Source: a virus (taxonomy: Duplodnaviria > Caudoviricetes). From it: 35,556 bases of DNA. Position 1 is the stretch's first letter, and each line of letters begins with the position of its first letter. The notes under the pieces were generated by a model, which was not told where the DNA came from, ran no database searches, and saw nothing but the letters and a program-made list of their open reading frames with translations. Where the stretch lies: the IMG/VR virus record IMGVR_UViG_3300037296_000054, positions 1 to 35,556 of that record; one strand, given 5' to 3'. Shown here piece after piece: positions 34,480 through 35,556 of this stretch. A program made the position numbers and the translations under genes.

Positions 34480-35169
34480 ATGTTTAGCATCGACACAGGC
34501 GACACTGGCGGTTCCAAAGGCCCTTGGATGTCTTGGACATCAAACGGTTCTGCGATGAAGGGCTTCAAGCCTAAATCGTGGGTTCTGCGCGGCAAGGACG
34601 CCAACGATATGAAGTTTGAGAACGTCATCCCGGCGTTCGAAAATGGCTGCGTTCTGGATCTGGATACGCTGCAACTTGGCTGGATGAAGGATGGCGCAAC
34701 CGGGCAGGCACCCGAAAAGCGCTGGAACCCGCATTTTTCGCAGGCAACACCGCGCCCGGATGACAGCAAAAAGCAGTCCGGCGCATACGCTTGGTCTGCG
34801 GCGCTTTCGATCCGTTGCGCCGTTGGCGGCGGGCAGGCGGCGACATGGGAACAGGCTGCGTTCGGCGCATACGATGCCTTTTCGAAACTGTCCAAGCAGA
34901 TCGCGGCGGAATGGTCGGCAAAGTCTGAAAATGGCCGCTTGCTGCCACTGGTAAAACAGACTGGCGTGGAAAGCCAAACGCTTCAATCTGGAACGTCGAA
35001 CAAGCCTATCTTGGCCGTTGTAGAGTGGGTGCCGCGCCCTGACTGCCTCAAGGATGACGCGCCTGTCATCGCAACGGCTGCGTCAACACAAACGGCAGCG
35101 CCAGCGGTTACAGCCGCCAGCGCCGCCCCGGCGCAAGCCCCCGTCTTGGAAACCCAAGACGACTTCTAA
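34480..35169 (+). CDS. hypothetical protein, possibly ssDNA-binding
   Basis: Beta-rich core, Ala/Pro linker and acidic-aromatic C-terminus (QDDF), as in SSB-like proteins. The SSB function is inference only. Confidence 0.6.
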   Translation: MFSIDTGDTGGSKGPWMSWTSNGSAMKGFKPKSWVLRGKDANDMKFENVIPAFENGCVLDLDTLQLGWMKDGATGQAPEKRWNPHFSQATPRPDDSKKQSGAYAWSAALSIRCAVGGGQAATWEQAAFGAYDAFSKLSKQIAAEWSAKSENGRLLPLVKQTGVESQTLQSGTSNKPILAVVEWVPRPDCLKDDAPVIATAASTQTAAPAVTAASAAPAQAPVLETQDDF

Positions 35170-35185
35170 GCAAAAGAACGACTCA

Positions 35186-35210
35186 CCCGGTCCCCGCAAT
35201 GGGGGCCGGG
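35186..35210. other. GC-rich hairpin without a clear U-tract
   Basis: CCCGGTCCCC-gcaat-GGGGGCCGGG. Confidence 0.4.
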
Positions 35211-35235
35211 CCACTGAATATCAGAGGCACAGACG

Positions 35236-35535
35236 ATGCAACTCTACTACAATCACAACAACCAAGACCAAGTGACGAATTGCGCTGCGTTTGAAACGTT
35301 TATGCGCCGTTTCGAGTGGGTGAAATTTTTCCAACCTAACCCCGAAAAAGCGCCTTGGCACGTTCAATGCAATATCAAAAGCGAACATGGGGAACCGCTG
35401 ATCCTGAACTTTTGGCCGCACAAGCTGAAAGGCCAATACGACGGCAAGTCTGTCGAGGGCATGGAGGAATTGCGGCGCATCATGGCGCAGGCAATCGAGG
35501 ACAGCACGTCAGATTTTAGTCTGATCGAGGATTGA
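35236..35535 (+). CDS. hypothetical protein
   Basis: GAGG SD; 99 aa; WHVQ...NFWPHK.K. Confidence 0.65.
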   Translation: MQLYYNHNNQDQVTNCAAFETFMRRFEWVKFFQPNPEKAPWHVQCNIKSEHGEPLILNFWPHKLKGQYDGKSVEGMEELRRIMAQAIEDSTSDFSLIED

Positions 35536-35556
35536 CCATGATGGCCGAACCTATCC

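Noticed and set aside
1-35556. CRISPR array, tRNA, DGR or retron elements
   Set aside because: No repeat-spacer array, cloverleaf, reverse transcriptase motif or TR/VR pair seen by eye; a tRNAscan/Infernal run would be needed to exclude small RNAs.

Overview
About 35.5 kb of a P22-like podovirus (or prophage), probably nearly complete. GC content, an XhlA-like gene and the lysis genes suggest an alphaproteobacterial, possibly Rhodobacteraceae, host; this is inference. The rightward late region runs terS, terL, portal, scaffold, coat, gp4-, gp10- and gp26-like tail proteins, three ejection proteins, two beta-helix tailspikes, and a lysis cassette split by a ~1.8 kb accessory island. A leftward early operon follows (Ref/DUF968-like nuclease, NinB-like, Rad52/Sak-like and many small ORFs), then a cI/cro switch with five TGTGA-N4-TCACA-type operators, and a rightward early operon (T5orf172, RusA-like). 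The standout feature is terL, which carries two inteins. In both, the intein reading frame between the splicing blocks is an uninterpretable but stop-free filler, while a recognisable HNH endonuclease is encoded in a different frame of the same DNA: antisense with its own SD in intein 1, and sense -1 frame in intein 2. All calls come from motif recognition by eye; no database searches were run.
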